A DNA stretch of 64,000 bases from Sphyrna mokarran (Eukaryota), in assembly GCA_024679065.1 (NCBI GenBank), contig JAGIQG010000010.1:62558001-62622000 (forward strand), given 5' to 3'. Below are positions 27,901 to 42,199 of this stretch, piece after piece. The translations under genes and the position numbers were made by a program. Below the pieces are notes generated by a model, which did no database searches, had not been told where the DNA came from, and was given only the letters and a program-made list of their open reading frames with translations. Position 1 is the stretch's first letter. The number at the start of each line of letters is the position of its first letter.

Positions 27901-29639
27901 CCCTTCGTCGGTATTGGTTTCTGTTTGGATGTGGGCCCACCAGCAAAAGAGTAGCAGCAAATGACAATGGAGGCATCAATATCTCTGACGACACCAGATT
28001 GAGCTTCTGAACATGGAGCCAACAGCCCATTTTAAAGTCCAATTATAGCAGGAGGTTGAAATATGGCACTTTCCATTTTAGATTTGGTTTTTCCATGAGC
28101 TTGGAGGGCATACGTTATAATTGTTAAAATATGTCTCCTTTCTTGCTGCAACGCCCTTTAGTGAAATCAACCTCACCAGTGATAAATTCAACCAACAAAC
28201 TCACAGACAAACAGGCAGGAAGGAGCCTTCAGTATTGCTGTCCAAATGACTGATCCGTTCCATGCAACTCAGTTACTGGTTTGGTTTGCTAAGCTGTTGA
28301 TTAAATTCTGTGCCTTTTTTTCCCTCCTATTTCCTTTACAAAATGCAACATTTAAATGTCACCAGGGCTGTGAGATGGGACAGCCATGTCACACAATGCT
28401 TATTCAAACACTCAGTCCATCTTTCCACCTGAGGTTTGAGCAGGGTGACTTGCCTGGTGTTCGCGCTGAACTCTTCCTACCAGCCAAGGAGGTGGGCAAC
28501 AGGGCATTAGGAACTTGTCATTTATGTGCAGAGTTTCATTATAAAAACAAACATTATGCAAATTCTCCATTGCTTATAAACTATGGGGGTCATTGAGACA
28601 ACAGTAAAGATGCATATGGCCCTTCGCTGAAATTTCACTATGCAGTTCTGGTTTTCAGTCTTTCATTGCGAACAGGAACTTTTCAATATGAGACCTTTCT
28701 TCTGAAGCACAATTAATTGGATTATTTTCCTCACATGTCATAGATTTTGTACAAAAATAAAACCATGCCAGGAACAAATATTACTACACTTGAACTCTTG
28801 AGCTTATTGCTGGGGGATTTTCAGTTGATTAGTCCAGATATTGCCAGCACGCTTTTCACTTGTAACTTGAAAATGTTTTTTTTAATACTTGTGGTTCAAA
28901 TGAAAATTAAAATGTAGAGCAATTTTCTAGAAACTGAAAAGGTGAATCACGCACATGTTGATCTGAATTTCAGCAGGGCCCTGGTTATGTGCTGGGAGGT
29001 GGCTGAGGAGGGGTGGTGAACTGTGAGGAGTGGAATGTCCATCATCTTTCTGCCATTATGCCATCTTGCCAGCAGGAGGGGAGGTGGCAGACAGCCCTCT
29101 TTCAGAGGCACATTAAGCCATTTAAATGGTTCATTAAATGTCGTTGTTGCTGACATTTTATCAGCAGCCAGTATGCCCTCTGCCACATGGTGAAAATATC
29201 GGACAAACTCTGGCAGCCTCCCAGGAGGATGAAGGTAGGCCTCCATTTCAGGATTCGGGTCCATGGAGCGGGCCCTTACCAGCAATGGTTGCACTCACCC
29301 CAATCCTGACAAAGCTTACTGTCCCCCACCCACTATCTTCACCAACAGCACCCAACCATTCCTAGAGCCTCCAGATTTCAATGGAATTGGTCCCATACTT
29401 CTATTGCATCCTGCTTTTCCAGTTGTAGTTCCAGCAGAGGCCACTACACCTGGTGGCATTGCTGAGCTGCAAACGCTCAATTGGCTGTCAAATTTTAGTG
29501 AGGGGCGGGGGGTTGCAGCCATCCTAATTAATTGACTGCCACTCGCCTAAGTCCTGTGAACATTGGAGTAGGATCAGCACATCCATGTCACTTTCAGGCC
29601 TGTTGTGAGAACCCCCCCTCCCATCCCATGAAAACAAAA

Positions 29640-30295
29640 GGCAAGAAGCTGTTCTTGAGTCAGTTGGTACATGACTTCACACTTTTATATCTTTTTCCCG
29701 ATGGAAGAAGGCGGAAGAGAGAATGTCCAGGGTGCATGGTGTCCCTAAGTATGCTGGCTGCTTTGCTGAGGCAGCGGAAAGTGTGGACAGAATCAATGGA
29801 CGGGAGGATGATTTGCATGATGGATTGGACTTCATTCACAACTTTTGCTGTTTCTTGTGGTCTTGGGCAGAGCAGAAATCATACCAAACTGTGATACAAC
29901 CAGAAAGAATGCTTTCTATGGTGCATCTGTAAATGTTGGTGAGAGTTGTAGCTGATGTGTCAAATTTCCCTAGTCTTCTGAGAAAGTAGAAGCATTGGTG
30001 GGCTTTCTTAACTATAGTGTCAGCATGGGAGGACCAGGACAGGTTGTTGGTGATCTGGACGTCTAAAAATTTGAAGCTCTTGACCGTTTCTACTTTGTCC
30101 CCATTGCTGTAGACAGGGGCATGATCTCCTTTACATTCCTGAAATCAATGACAATTTTCTTCATTTTGTTGACATTGAGGGGGAGGTTATTATTGCTGCA
30201 CCAATTCATCAGATTCTCTATCTCATTTCTGTACTCTGCTTCGTCATTGTTTGAAATCTGATCCACTACAGTGGTGTTGTCGGCAAACTTGTAAA
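29640..30295 (-). mobile_element. Rex1/Babar-type LINE fragment (RT C-half)
   Basis: YKFADNTTVVDQISNNDEAEYRNEIENLMNWCSNNNLPLNVNKMKKIVIDFR. Confidence 0.9.
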
Positions 30296-31844
30296 TGCCC
30301 ATGTAGGTGCCAAATGCCATTGCTGCCAGGATTTAATCGGTAGAGGAATAGGCACATATCAGTCACCCAGCCCAGCCCAGCTGGTATCCAAGTCTGGGCT
30401 GGTGGTGATCTGTTGAGCTGCTTCTTTAAAGAGCCTCTTGGGCTCATTGGGAGGGCCCCTTCCATGATATTGCCTCCTCCCAGGTTCCCGCATCACTGTG
30501 GCCTCGCAAATCCCGTACCCCCGTTACCCCCCTCCACCACCTAGCCCTCTCACTGGAGCCTGCCAGCTTAATGCTTGGTGAGGCCCCTTCCACCTACCCA
30601 AATACTGATCCAGCACTGCACTACTGTTATCAGAAAATTTTGGAAAACTGATTGGCTTGCAGCTTGACCTCCTGCCCCGAGGAGCAGAAATCTGCCTCTA
30701 GCTTCTTAAAGGATATGTTAAATACCTGTCAGGCAGCCAGTGTTCCCTTCTATGGGCTTGGACCTTTTAGCCAGTGTGGGGGGTGAGGAACCTGGCACCT
30801 TGTACAGTTTATCTCCTTGTGTCTTTACAGTTCCAAACTTACTAACTTCCATTTGCCACAAAATTTCTCCATGAGGCAGAATGCAGTGATCCTTGACTTT
30901 TTTATTTTAGTATTTTGTCCCCTTTTCCTTTCCCTAACTTCAATTTCCACCACTCAAGTCTGAGGTCAAAAAACTGGCCTGGAGCAGCCATTCAACATTT
31001 GGGTAACCGAGCCCAGAATCTAGAACCCACCCATCCATCACGCAGATCTTCACTATCACAAAGAAGCTCATGATGGTTTAGTCGATTTCTACAAAATAGA
31101 GGCAAAAAGGATTGAGAAATAAACAGTCTAAATTTGGCCATTGGGTACTAATACAAGCTAGTGTCATTTTGCACACACCAAAATATACGTAGGCCCGAGG
31201 CTCCAAGACAGTGGGATAGAGACTCCAACTCAATGGAAGTAAGATAAACTCAGTTTAGATTTAATTGCTTTGCACAGAAATTTTAAATGTATGCGTTGAC
31301 AAGAGACAGTTAAATTGGATAGTCTCGATCAATTCAAGAAGATGCTTGAAAGATGTTTGGCAGAGAAAGAAATTCAAGTATATGAATATAAGCCAATGCA
31401 CAACATTTTGTAAAATTTTGAAACTGACCAGATGGTCTTTCTCTCTCAACTCATATGTTTCTGTATTCCAATATATCTAAAACAGTTTCTCTCCACAAAT
31501 AACACCTATTTCTTCACCAGCTCAACTAATTGCCACCTAGTTATGTAGAACATGTAACAGAAGCCAAGGAGAAAAAAAATTCCATTGTTTTTGAACCCTT
31601 GTTAATTATGATTTTGTTTCTTCAAAAGAAGTTGAAATCACAATGAATTGATATATCAAAATACATGTACCGCATACATGAAGTTTCTTATTTGTGGCAA
31701 CCTAATCATGTACCCCAGTAGAGCGGAACAAACAAAATGCAAAACTTGACCTACTCGAGGCAGAATTTCATACTCCTGGGAGGTACGTTCACAGATAGAT
31801 GGAATGGGGGAGAGGAGGGAGTGAAACATCAATTGAGCATAATA

Positions 31845-32810
31845 TCATGGATGCTGTGGGTATAGATTCGTTAAGTGAGTGGGAAAAGATTTGGCAAATG
31901 GAGTATAATGTGGTAAAATGTGAAATTGTCCATCTTGACCAGAAGAATTCAAAAAAGAAGTGCATGATCTAAATAGTAAGAGATTGCGGAGAATACAGAG
32001 GAACTTGGGTGTCCTCGAGTAGGAATCACAAAAGGTTAATATGCAGGTACAGCAAGTAACTAGAACAGCGAATGGCATGTTTATTGTGAGAGGAACTGAT
32101 TACAAAAGTAGGGAGGTTATGCTTCAGTTGTGCAGGGTATTGGTGAGACCACATCAAAAGAACTGTATGCTTTTTTAAGGAGAACTGTAAATGTGAATTA
32201 GAAGCAGTTCGGTTCAGGTTTACCAGACTAATGCCTGGAATGGGCAGATTGTCTGATGAGTAAAGGTTGGATGAGTAGGTTTGACTCTGCTAGAGTTTAG
32301 AAGGATAAAAAATGACTTGATTGAAAAATATTGGAGGAGATTCTCTAGCCTTCAGTGTTTTTCTCAGTGGCAGGAAGAGGCATGTCACTCACTGGTGGGA
32401 TCTTGCCCGCCACTGCCAATGGAAATTCCCACTGAAGCCACCCCATACATTAAGAAACCATGTGGATTGGAGTATCCTCCAGTGGGACAGAGAATCCCGC
32501 CAGCATGAACGGTTGGAGATTTCCGACTATAAGTTGCGTCGGGGTCTTGAAAAGATGATTGTGGAAATATTATTTCTTCATATGGGAGAATCTAGTATTC
32601 GGAGATCACTTTGTAAATGGAAGGGGTTGCTTGTTTAAACATTAGGGATTGCTCTGTTAAGATAAAGGAGAATCTTTTTCCTCTGAGATAGTTGATTGTT
32701 TGAAACTCTCTTCTCCTAAAGGGATGGAGAATGTCTTTAAGTCAGAGCTAGGTAGATTTTTGATTGATAAGAAAAAGGTTATCAGTGAAAGAAAGGAAAA
32801 TGAGGCCAAT
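31845..32810 (+). mobile_element. Decayed CR1 LINE interrupted by a ~200-bp MITE at ~32331-32527
   Basis: WQMEYNVVKCEIVH motif. DLIE.YK is split by the GC-rich insert, which has degenerate inverted ends (ggagattctctagcc / ggttggagatttcc). Confidence 0.8.
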
Positions 32811-33937
32811 AATTAAGGGGCTCTTCCTGCCTGCCTCAATTGTTGCTGTGGCAGGCTGAGGCTGGCACAAAGTCTGAAGCTAGTTAGACTTTGCTCCTCG
32901 ACCTATTGGCAGGGAAGGAGTGCAACTTCCCCATCCTTCACCACCACCTTGCCTGTGCACTGAGCTGGTCCTGCTGAAATTAACCATCCACAACCTATCC
33001 CCAACAGGGATTGGATGCAGTCTCAACAGTGGCACTACCAGAACTACATGAAAGATTTCTGATTGGCCAGCAACTCTCATAAGCAAGACCTATTCCTGCC
33101 CTAAGCGAATTAGCATCCTACCAAATATTAAGTGGCTGTAGGGCATCAAGGGCAGGTTCAGGGCTGACATTTTGCTGGAGGCATAGCAACTCTGGTAAAG
33201 TATGAATTCCCTTCTTAGAAGTCGGATTTTGAGACTTCAAGAACATTTATATCTATTGCATTATTTTATGGCTCCCACAATTTAGGTTAAGATCCTTGGA
33301 CCAGCCACAATGGATCTGAATGCAACACTAAGTTTGAATGGCTCTGCTGTGTTTGGCATCCTTTCCTGTGTGAGTCGTGCTCTGCACCCTTCTTCTACCA
33401 GCAAGAATTTGATCGGAATAAAATGGGGGCAAGAGTTCCACATCTGGATCCCAACCAACTGAAAATCTGTCCCTCGGTCTGAGCTGATGTCTATTCAGGG
33501 CCAAGACGTACTTTTGTTTCTACTTCTCACCAATTACGTGAACCTCTTTCCTTGTTATGATTGTGATGAATATCTAGTTCATAGTTCATGTTAGTATTCT
33601 CGCGGTAATGTTTGATACTGGGATGATTGTTGTTGTGCAGGGAGTGTAGTCAAACAATACCGCCCTTTAGACATTATCACAACACTTAAAATGGCACTTC
33701 AGAAGATTATGTGCATTTGTTCAACAGAGTCAAAAAAGAAGAGATGGAGCCATAAAACAGCAGGTGGGCTGACTTAGCATGAGGACTAGAGATGTCCATG
33801 TTGCTCACAAAGAAGGGCAGTCCAGATAGAGGGTTTGGTTTGCAAGTTAGAACTAAATTAGTTTAAAAGTGTTCAATGCACCCGGAAAGGTTGCGTCATT
33901 ATGGAGATGGCCAGAGCTGAAGAAGGTTCTCTGCCTT

Positions 33938-34367
33938 TAGATCATAAGAGCATAAGACCTAGAAGGAGAATTAGACTGTTCAGCCCATTGAGTCTGTTCC
34001 GCCATTCAAGCATGATTGATAAATTTCTGCTGCCTTTTCCTCCTAAGCTTTGATTTGCTTACAGATCAAGAACCTTTCTATCTCTGCCTTAAATGTAGTC
34101 AACCAGCTGGCCTCCACAGTCTTCTGTGGCAAGGAATTCTATAGATTCACTACCCTGTGGCTAAAGAAATTCCTCTTCATCTCGGTTCTAAAGGGTCATC
34201 TCTCTACTCAGAAGATATGCCCTCAAATCTTAGTCTCTCCTACTAATGGAAACATCTTCTCCTCTTACACTCTATCCGGGCCTTACATTATTCTGCAAGT
34301 TTCAATGAGATCCCCCCTCATCCTTATAAACTTCTTTGAGTACAGACCCAGAGTCCTCAGAAATTAT
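33938..34367 (-). mobile_element. CR1 3' fragment
   Basis: (cataaga)n tail; cactaccctgtggctaaagaaattcctcttcatctc; gtttcaatgagatcccccctcatcc (antisense MRGDLIET). Confidence 0.88.
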
Positions 34368-35129
34368 TAAATTATACATGGAATCGAAGATGGCACTGAT
34401 GTGAGAGGAAGCATGACCCATAGGTAGCAAGACCTTTCTTGAAATCCGGCTGTTTGTTGCGGTCTGGAGAGAGGTTAAAGTACATCAAGCAAGCTTTACC
34501 TGGAATACCGTTGCAAAAGACAACTTTGAAAGTCTGACTGGAAAGGGTTATTTTTAGACTCTCTCCTGCTGCTTGGAATTTAGTGTGTATCCTCAGCAGG
34601 GGAGGAGCTCAGTCTGCAAACTCTCTATTCTTTTTTCACACAAGAAAAGGTGAATTAAAGTGAGAAGCAGGAGGCACTGAGGTCCTGCTGCAAATTGCAA
34701 ACTGATATTTTTACTTTTGGATTTTTTTTTGCAGCTATAGAGCTTTCTGAGGGCATGTTGGGACTTGCTGTTCAGCCTGGAACCATCTTGTAGTTTTTTT
34801 CACTCAGTCAAGTGTGAATTGGTTTAGGGTGGAGGGACAGCCCAGGGAAGAATTCCTGTGTCATAAAAACTGCGTGTCAAATCAACCTGGGAATACTGTG
34901 CTGTTTGTTTTTTCACCCAACCAAAGGTGAATTAAAGTGAGGGAGAAGAGCTGCAACTTGCAACTCAGCTGCTGCTTCTGTTTGTCCAGTTAAGGGTGAA
35001 GTAAGGTGAAAAGCAATTCATGTAAGAACTCTGGTAGTTCGAAGACTGAGATAGCTTGATACATAGATTAAGAAATAGCACTTCAGGCTGGAGGAAATGG
35101 AGAAGCCCACAGGCACTGATACTAGCAAA

Positions 35130-38100
35130 ATGGCAGGAGGCAAACCAAAATTGAAGAGTGGTCTCACAGGGGCAGAGGAAGGAAGGGTCACCACCATGTT
35201 CTCCTAGAGGGATCCCTGAACAGAGCATGCTGAATGAAAGAACAGGGAAGTATTATGGAGGACATGCAAAGATTGGACAGTAAGTTGGACCAGTGGGCCA
35301 CTGAGTTGCAGGCTAAGATAGACGAGCTGAGAGAGGAGCTCGGATCATCTGTTAAATCTCTCCAAGGTGTCACCATCGTCCATGAGAACCACCTGAAGCA
35401 ACTTGAGGACTCGGAGGCATTTAGTGGAAACACTATCTCTGAGCTGAAGAGCCAAGTTACTCATTTGACATCGGAACTCCCTAAGGGAGAAATATGATTG
35501 TTTCCTTGTGGCCTTTGGGAGGGTGTAGAGTGGGGCCCTAGGGTGTGGCGTCTGCCGATTCAGCAGTTGGAGAGAGATCCTCCAGTGAGGAGAGACACCA
35601 GGTTACTATTAGGAACGTGGGATGCTGGCTAGGAGGTCCTTATGCTATGACCTCGGAGCAATCAAGTTCACTAGCTGGAACGTCGGAGGATTATATCATC
35701 CAGTTAAGCGCGGTCAGATATTTTAACATTTTCGACAACTGGGTACCCAAATTGCATTTCTCCAGGAGACCGACCTCAGGCCAGTGGACTATTTTAGGTT
35801 CTATAGAGGATGGGGGAGGAGAGTGAAGGGGGGTGCAGGGGTGGCGAGGGGAGGGGAGGGGAGAGGAGGGGTGGAAGTGGTGTCAATGCTTTCACTCAAC
35901 TTTTCACACCAAGGTGTGGGAGGCAGCAATCCTCATCCACAATCCTTACCCTTGATAGTAGTCAATGTCATTTCTGAGTCAAATGGCCGATACGTCATTG
36001 CCAAATTACATGGAATTACATGGGACAAATTACGTGGGATACCCCTGGTGTCAGCCAATGTATATGCCCCAAACTGGGGCTGTGAAAACTTTTTCCGGTT
36101 GTTTTTCACATTACTTCCAGATTTCAATTCACATCAGTTGGTACAGGGCAGAGATTTCAACTGTTGGTTGAATCCTGTCCTGGATCGTTCCTCCACCAGA
36201 ACCGCTGTATCTTTCAAGCCAGCAAAAATTATTTCTCACAGAAGACACACTGTCGGATCCGTGGAGATTTCTTAACCCAATTAGTGGGGAATATTCTTTT
36301 TTTTCACCTATACACTGAACATATTCACGTATAGATTACTTTTTGGTAGATAGTAAGTTGCTCCCGACTTTGTGCTCATTCCACGATGAAGCCATTATAA
36401 TCTCGGACCATGCTGCCTTGACAATGGACTTGGTAGTAGGGAGGAGGGTGGGCCTCCATATGCCTTGGCAATTTAATACTCGTCTGCTCTCTGATGATGA
36501 ATTTGTTAGATTTCTGTTGACTCAGATTAATGATTTCTTAGAATTTAATGATGTTCCAGGAGCTCAGCAGCTATGTTATGGGAGACTTTGAAGGCTTATT
36601 TCAGGGACCAGATCATATTCAGTGTACAAGGCGAAGCAGAGAGGTAGATTATCAGAACTGCTGGGGTGTTTCGCCTGGGTTGATGCTGCGTACGCTGTGG
36701 GCCCATTCCCAGGAACGTTTACTATGACAGGCGGAGTTTGAGACCTTGTCCTCACATCAAGAGATGCTGTTCAAATCTAGGTATACATATTATGAGCATG
36801 GGGACAAGGCAAGCAAGCTGCTAGCTCATCAGCTGCACCAGAAGTTGAATATCACAAATGCAGCCTCTGAATGGAGTCTCTACTGATCCACAGCGAATAA
36901 ATAAACTATTTAGGGACTTTTACTCAACCCTCTGTATCTCGGAGACCACCACCAATAAGATGGGCTTTCAGGAGTTCTTTGGGGCATTGAATCTCCCTGT
37001 GATGGACAGGAGAGAGGCCACGGCACTGGAGAAACCAATCAATATTGAAGAAACAGCTGGAACTATGCCGAGTGGGAAATGGCTGGGCATTTCAGATGGG
37101 CACCCCATCAAATTTTATAAAAATTTTATAAAAAATGAATATGTTGGCTCCACTGCTACTGTGCGTGATCAATGAATCATATGAAAACAGCACTGTCCAG
37201 CAGACTTTGAGGCAAGTGACAATTTTGCTTATCCTTAAAAAGAATAAGGATCTGCAAATTTTCAGCTCTTACAGAGCAATCTCATTGCTGAATGTGGATC
37301 TCAATCTGATCCCTAAGATTCTGGCCAGTCACTTGGGGGACATTCTGCCCTCTATCATCTCGTCTGACTAGACTGGATTCATTAAAAATAGACATATATA
37401 TTTGAATATTCAGCAGCTGTTTAACATTATGTATGTCCCTGCCACCTCCAAGCTATCAGAGATGTTAATCTCGCTGGGCACTGAAAAAGCATTTGATCGG
37501 GTGGAATAGAATTATTTATTTCATTCAGGTTTAGGCCAAAGCTCATCCCCTGGATCCAAATATTGTACTCCACTCCTCTAGCCTTGGTCCAGACAAACGA
37601 TGTGCATTCACCTTTTTTCCCTTTGTCCTGGGCATGAGGCAAGGACGACCCCTCTCCCCTCTGTTATTTGCCATTGCTATTGAATCTCTTACTGCGGCTT
37701 TTAGCAACAGCAAACGAGTGGTGGGAATTGGTCGGTAGGAATCAAGAGGAAAGTATCGTATGTGAATGACCCATCCAACTTGATTCCCGAAGTCTCATCT
37801 ATACTAGAGAGGTTTGGTTATATTTTGGAATACAAGCTTAACTTGAATAAGAGTGAGTTCCTTCTTTTGAGTGCAGAGGCTCGTAGCGTCCCATCCCATA
37901 CCCTGCCTTTCAAGTTTGTCACTTGAGAGTTTATTTATTTGAGAGTGCAAGTGACTAGCAAATTTAGTGGCCTTTTTGTAGCTAACTTTGCTCCACTCAT
38001 AGGATAGGTGGAACAGGACCTCAAATGTTCATCCATCCTCCCATTACCATTAGGGGGCCATGTCCATGTGGTGAAGATGAACATACTACCTGAGTTTTTA

Positions 38101-38875
38101 TATCTCTTTCAGTGTATCCCAGTGTTCATCCCCAAATTCTTCTTTCACAGACTTGATCGGCTCAATACGAGCTTTGTCTGGAATAGGCAAAACCCAAGAA
38201 TGCGGAGGACCATCTTGCAAAGCCCTAAATGGGAGGGGGGTGTGGGATTACCTAATTTTCTGTTTTATTATTGGGCAGCCAATATGAGTGCAGTCGGATG
38301 TTGGATGCTGAGAGAGAGAGGCAACAGGAAGTTCCTTGTTGGCTGTAGTTAGAATCTCCTCCTGTGCTCTGTCTTCCTTGCCTGCCTTGATCATGTTATT
38401 TTCCCTCCTCTTAGTGTACTAGGAGTCTACTTGTCAAGTCAACTTTTAGAAGTTGGATGCAACTTACAGGTCACTTTGGGTTTCAGGTCTGGTCACTTGC
38501 CTCCCTAGTATTGGCTAACCATTCTTTTCCTCCATCTTTTTGGATGGTGCCTTCAACATATGGGTCAGGATTTGTATGTGGATGACATGTTTGTGTCATT
38601 CCAGCAGGTAGTGGATAAGGTTTATAGTCTGGGCTGCTTGGGCATTTAGTTTGATCTCCAGCGGCATTCCTGTGCCTTTTTGTTTATGTATTATTACCAT
38701 TATTACTGGTGCAATTAGACAGGACTTGGGCACGGTGGGTACCAGAGTACCCTGACTACAAGGAGCCCTTTACCAATTGTGTTAGAATTGCCATGTGAGC
38801 ACTGTGTCGATCTGTATCTGTGTTTGTTTGCTCTGTAAAATATAAGAAAAATTAAATTGTACAGACATAATAAAT
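35130..38875 (+). mobile_element. Near full-length but decayed L1/Tx1-clade LINE
   Basis: Coiled-coil ORF1 remnant (35234-35497), APE endonuclease (NGRYVI..LVSANVYAPN..GRDFNC.LNP.LDRSS; YSRIDYFL; ISDHA), YEHGDKASKLLAHQL, RT (SYRAISLLNVD.LIPKILA; RQGRPLSPLLFAIAIE), VKMNILP.FLYLFQCIP, GG.GLPNFLFYYWA and an A-rich end. Many frameshifts and stops. Confidence 0.93.
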
Positions 38876-39819
38876 TGGAACATATATATTTGGACTGTTT
38901 CTCTCTCATTTCGCAACCATTTTCCTCTTGTTTCTTTCTTCACTGACTCTACATCTCTTTCAGCTTTGCCATTCCTTCATCACTTTATCCTCAGAACCTG
39001 TATCATTCTTCAATAGCTACCATGAGACCTACAAGAATGGACCAGTGATTCTTGTCCTTCTGTTTCTTTTGCCCTTGTGGAAAACTATCAGCTGTACAGC
39101 TGGAGATCAATGACCTTGAGCATCATTTGCACGGTGCTGCATGTTAGTATGCCAATGCACCATACCATCCAACATTATGTCACATTATAAATGGTCATTA
39201 ACAGCAAGAAAGATACTTGTCAAAAGTTTTTAACTCCTTATTTATTCTTTTGTGTCATTTGTCACTCTTCCCTATTTGCACTTGGGTAGGTGGTGGTGAG
39301 CCACCTTGTTTACAGGCAAGCATGCAAAATGGAAGAACAACAATATCATACCTGTGACTTTCATCACATTGTGATGAAAAATTATACATGGATTGTCTCC
39401 CTCCTGAACAAAAATAAAATGGTTCCCCAAAGACTTTCACCAGAAGGTAGTATTTTAAATATTCACCTAATGTCAGAAAATATTTCCTGTATCTTAATAA
39501 TCTGCATAATGTGAAAACCAGTGCTTCACATTGCATTTCCCCTCTCTGTGTAAACACGTCCTTAAATTCTGTGCCTTTAACTCACTTTCAAATTTCAACT
39601 GATTTACTGCCCATATCTGATCCTACTCTGGATTCTACTCACCTACCAGCCTTGTCTTCGCTGACTTACCTTGGCATCCAATTCCTCAATGGTTCAAAAT
39701 TTAAAATTCCTCTTCTATTTAAATAACATCATGGTGTCACCTCTCCGCGTGCTTAATTTTCAATTGCCTATGGGGCCGAGATCGGATCCAGTAACCCTTT
39801 GAAAATACTGCTCCCAGAC

Positions 39820-39970
39820 CTTGTGCCATCAGAAAGACAGAACTTGTGACGATGCAGCACTCCTCAGTACCGGCATATCAGCCTAGATTTTGTTGTTGCA
39901 GACTTCAGAGTGGGATTTCAACCCACAGCCTTCTGACTGGAGGTGAGAATGCCACCATTTGAGCCAAAGT
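39820..39970 (-). mobile_element. SacSINE1/Deu-domain SINE fragment inside an L2 remnant (~39620-40200)
   Basis: tcagaaagacag...gatgcagcactcctcagtac...tcagcctagattttg...tcaacccacagccttctgact. Confidence 0.75.
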
Positions 39971-41474
39971 ATCCATCCTTCCTTTCCAGCTATCTCTGGT
40001 GTCGATGCTTTCAGTCACCTGGGTCCCAGTCTCTGGAATTCCATGCTTAAATCCCCTTTACCACTCCACTCCCCCACCTCTTTTAAGACCATCCCTGAAA
40101 CCCTGCCACTCTGACCATAATCCTCCTAATCTCGCCTTCAACTCAGCGGCTGTTTTTCCTCACTCATCCTTGGATGTTTCCTTATGTTAAACTTGCAAAA
40201 TGCAAGTTAAATGTTGTTAAAGCATTTGATTTGTTCGAACCAGAATAGATTTGTAAAGTATTCCGAATATAGGTGTCATATTTTGTTTTTGACCCAAGTG
40301 AACATGGTAGATTTTACCAAATTTGTATTTTATTCGCATTCGGGGAAGCTGATGTCTGAAAATTAGGTGGCCATGACATTATATAAAAATAGATTAAGTA
40401 GTCATATTGTTTAGATATTAAAGTTATTTCATGTTCAGCAATAATGCAGACATTCTGTTGGATGAATGTTGCATTACGAGTCTGATTCTGTAGCTAGATG
40501 ACAGGTTTGTATTGAAACAGCATAAAAGGTTCCACCACCATCTTCAGGATAAATGCTGACCTGACATTGTAGTGATGTCTGTTATAGTTGAAGAAACTCC
40601 TTTGCTGCTAACAGCATGCTTTAGCTGCTGTTTCACTATAACAGCAACAACAACCTGGATTTGTGTCGCACATTGAATTAAAACAGTTAGGTTTTACTTG
40701 ATTTAAAAAAACTTCCCATTTTTAATCATTGGTGAACAACTTGATCTTGATTCTCTTGAGTAATGAGAAATGACAGTGACAGACCGGATACAACAAATAA
40801 AGCTCTATATATTTGGTATGTATTTGTCACATGTTGTAGTATTTACCAGATCGCTGCTATCTCACATTGATGGCGGTGGGGAATATGGTGAAATCATGCC
40901 GGTTGCTTCATACTGTTAAATATGTTCAGTAATCTGAGTTAATAGCCAGTATTTTGTGACCTTGCTTGGGCAAGGCTCATAAAATCCCTGCCAAGGCCAA
41001 AGGAGAATTCCGGCCAATGGGTTTGAGATATTAAGGCAAGGTTTTGCTGGTGGGAAAATCACAGGCCATTTCCCAAAATTTGCTCCCCAGCCTACATCAC
41101 GAAACAGGGAATCTCCCTTTTTAGGACTTAACAAATTATTTTACTAACAGGGTAACATGGACAAGTTGGGACAAAGGGCCAGTTTCCTTGCAGTAAACCT
41201 CTATGATCCTGTGATTCTAACAGCTCGGTTGGAATTAGATAAAATAAAATCACTGAACTCTAAACTGTCATATTAACTCTCCTCCTTCAGAAGAAGTGAA
41301 GTTATTACTGATGATTTTGTTTCTCACCAGGCTTGGACACTTAACACTAGGCCTAACATAATCTTTGACAAGAAATGCTGAGAAAGCCATGTAACTATGG
41401 TTTCCCACATAAAGGACATATTTTATCCACCCAGGGATACATCCAGAGTTGTTCAATTCAAACGTCAAGGCTTA

Positions 41475-41735
41475 AGTTTATTTCAAATTTAATAGTGTCA
41501 CAAGTAAGCTTGCATTAATACTGCAATGAAGTTATTGTGAACACCTCCCAGTCTCCATAGTCCGGCACCTGTTCAGGTGCACTGAGAGAGAATTTGGCCA
41601 ATGCACTGAACCAGCATGTCTTTTGGACTGCGGGAGGAAACCCACACAGACATGGGGAGAATGTGCAGACTCCACACAGACAGTGACCCAAGGTCAGAAT
41701 TGAGACAGCAGCGCTAACCGCTGTGCCACTGTGCC
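41475..41735 (-). mobile_element. HE1/V-SINE family copy
   Basis: ggaaacccacacagacatggggagaatgtgcagactccacacagacagtgacccaag...gcagcgctaaccgctgtgccac. Confidence 0.9.
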
Positions 41736-42199
41736 TCTCTAAAGACCCTTAATTGTGCACAAGACTAATGTTTAATCAAATCACTTACACCACATGGACT
41801 GCAGAGATTCAGGAAGGTGACTCACCATCACCTTCCCAAGGGCAATTATGCTGGGCACTATAAAGAACAAAAAAGAACTTAAAACCTTGTTTAACGAGCA
41901 TTAAACTTGTCCAGTTATGACTACTCGATTGAAAACGATGCTGACTTTGCAACCTGGTTAAGAAGAATCCCAGTCAAGGTAACAGGTTCACATCTCCAGC
42001 TCCTATTAAGGAGTGAGGTTGATCTTTCATTTGGAGTGCTGTGGACCTACAAGCACGGGTATTGGATCACTGAGTCTGGCGTGAATGGCAGGCAGTTTCC
42101 GAATCCTGTATCAACCAGGCATGTCCTCTTGAAGTTCATGAAGGATAGATCTATTTCTGAAATGCCATTGCTTTATATTGTTCTTAGCTGTTACAGAGT

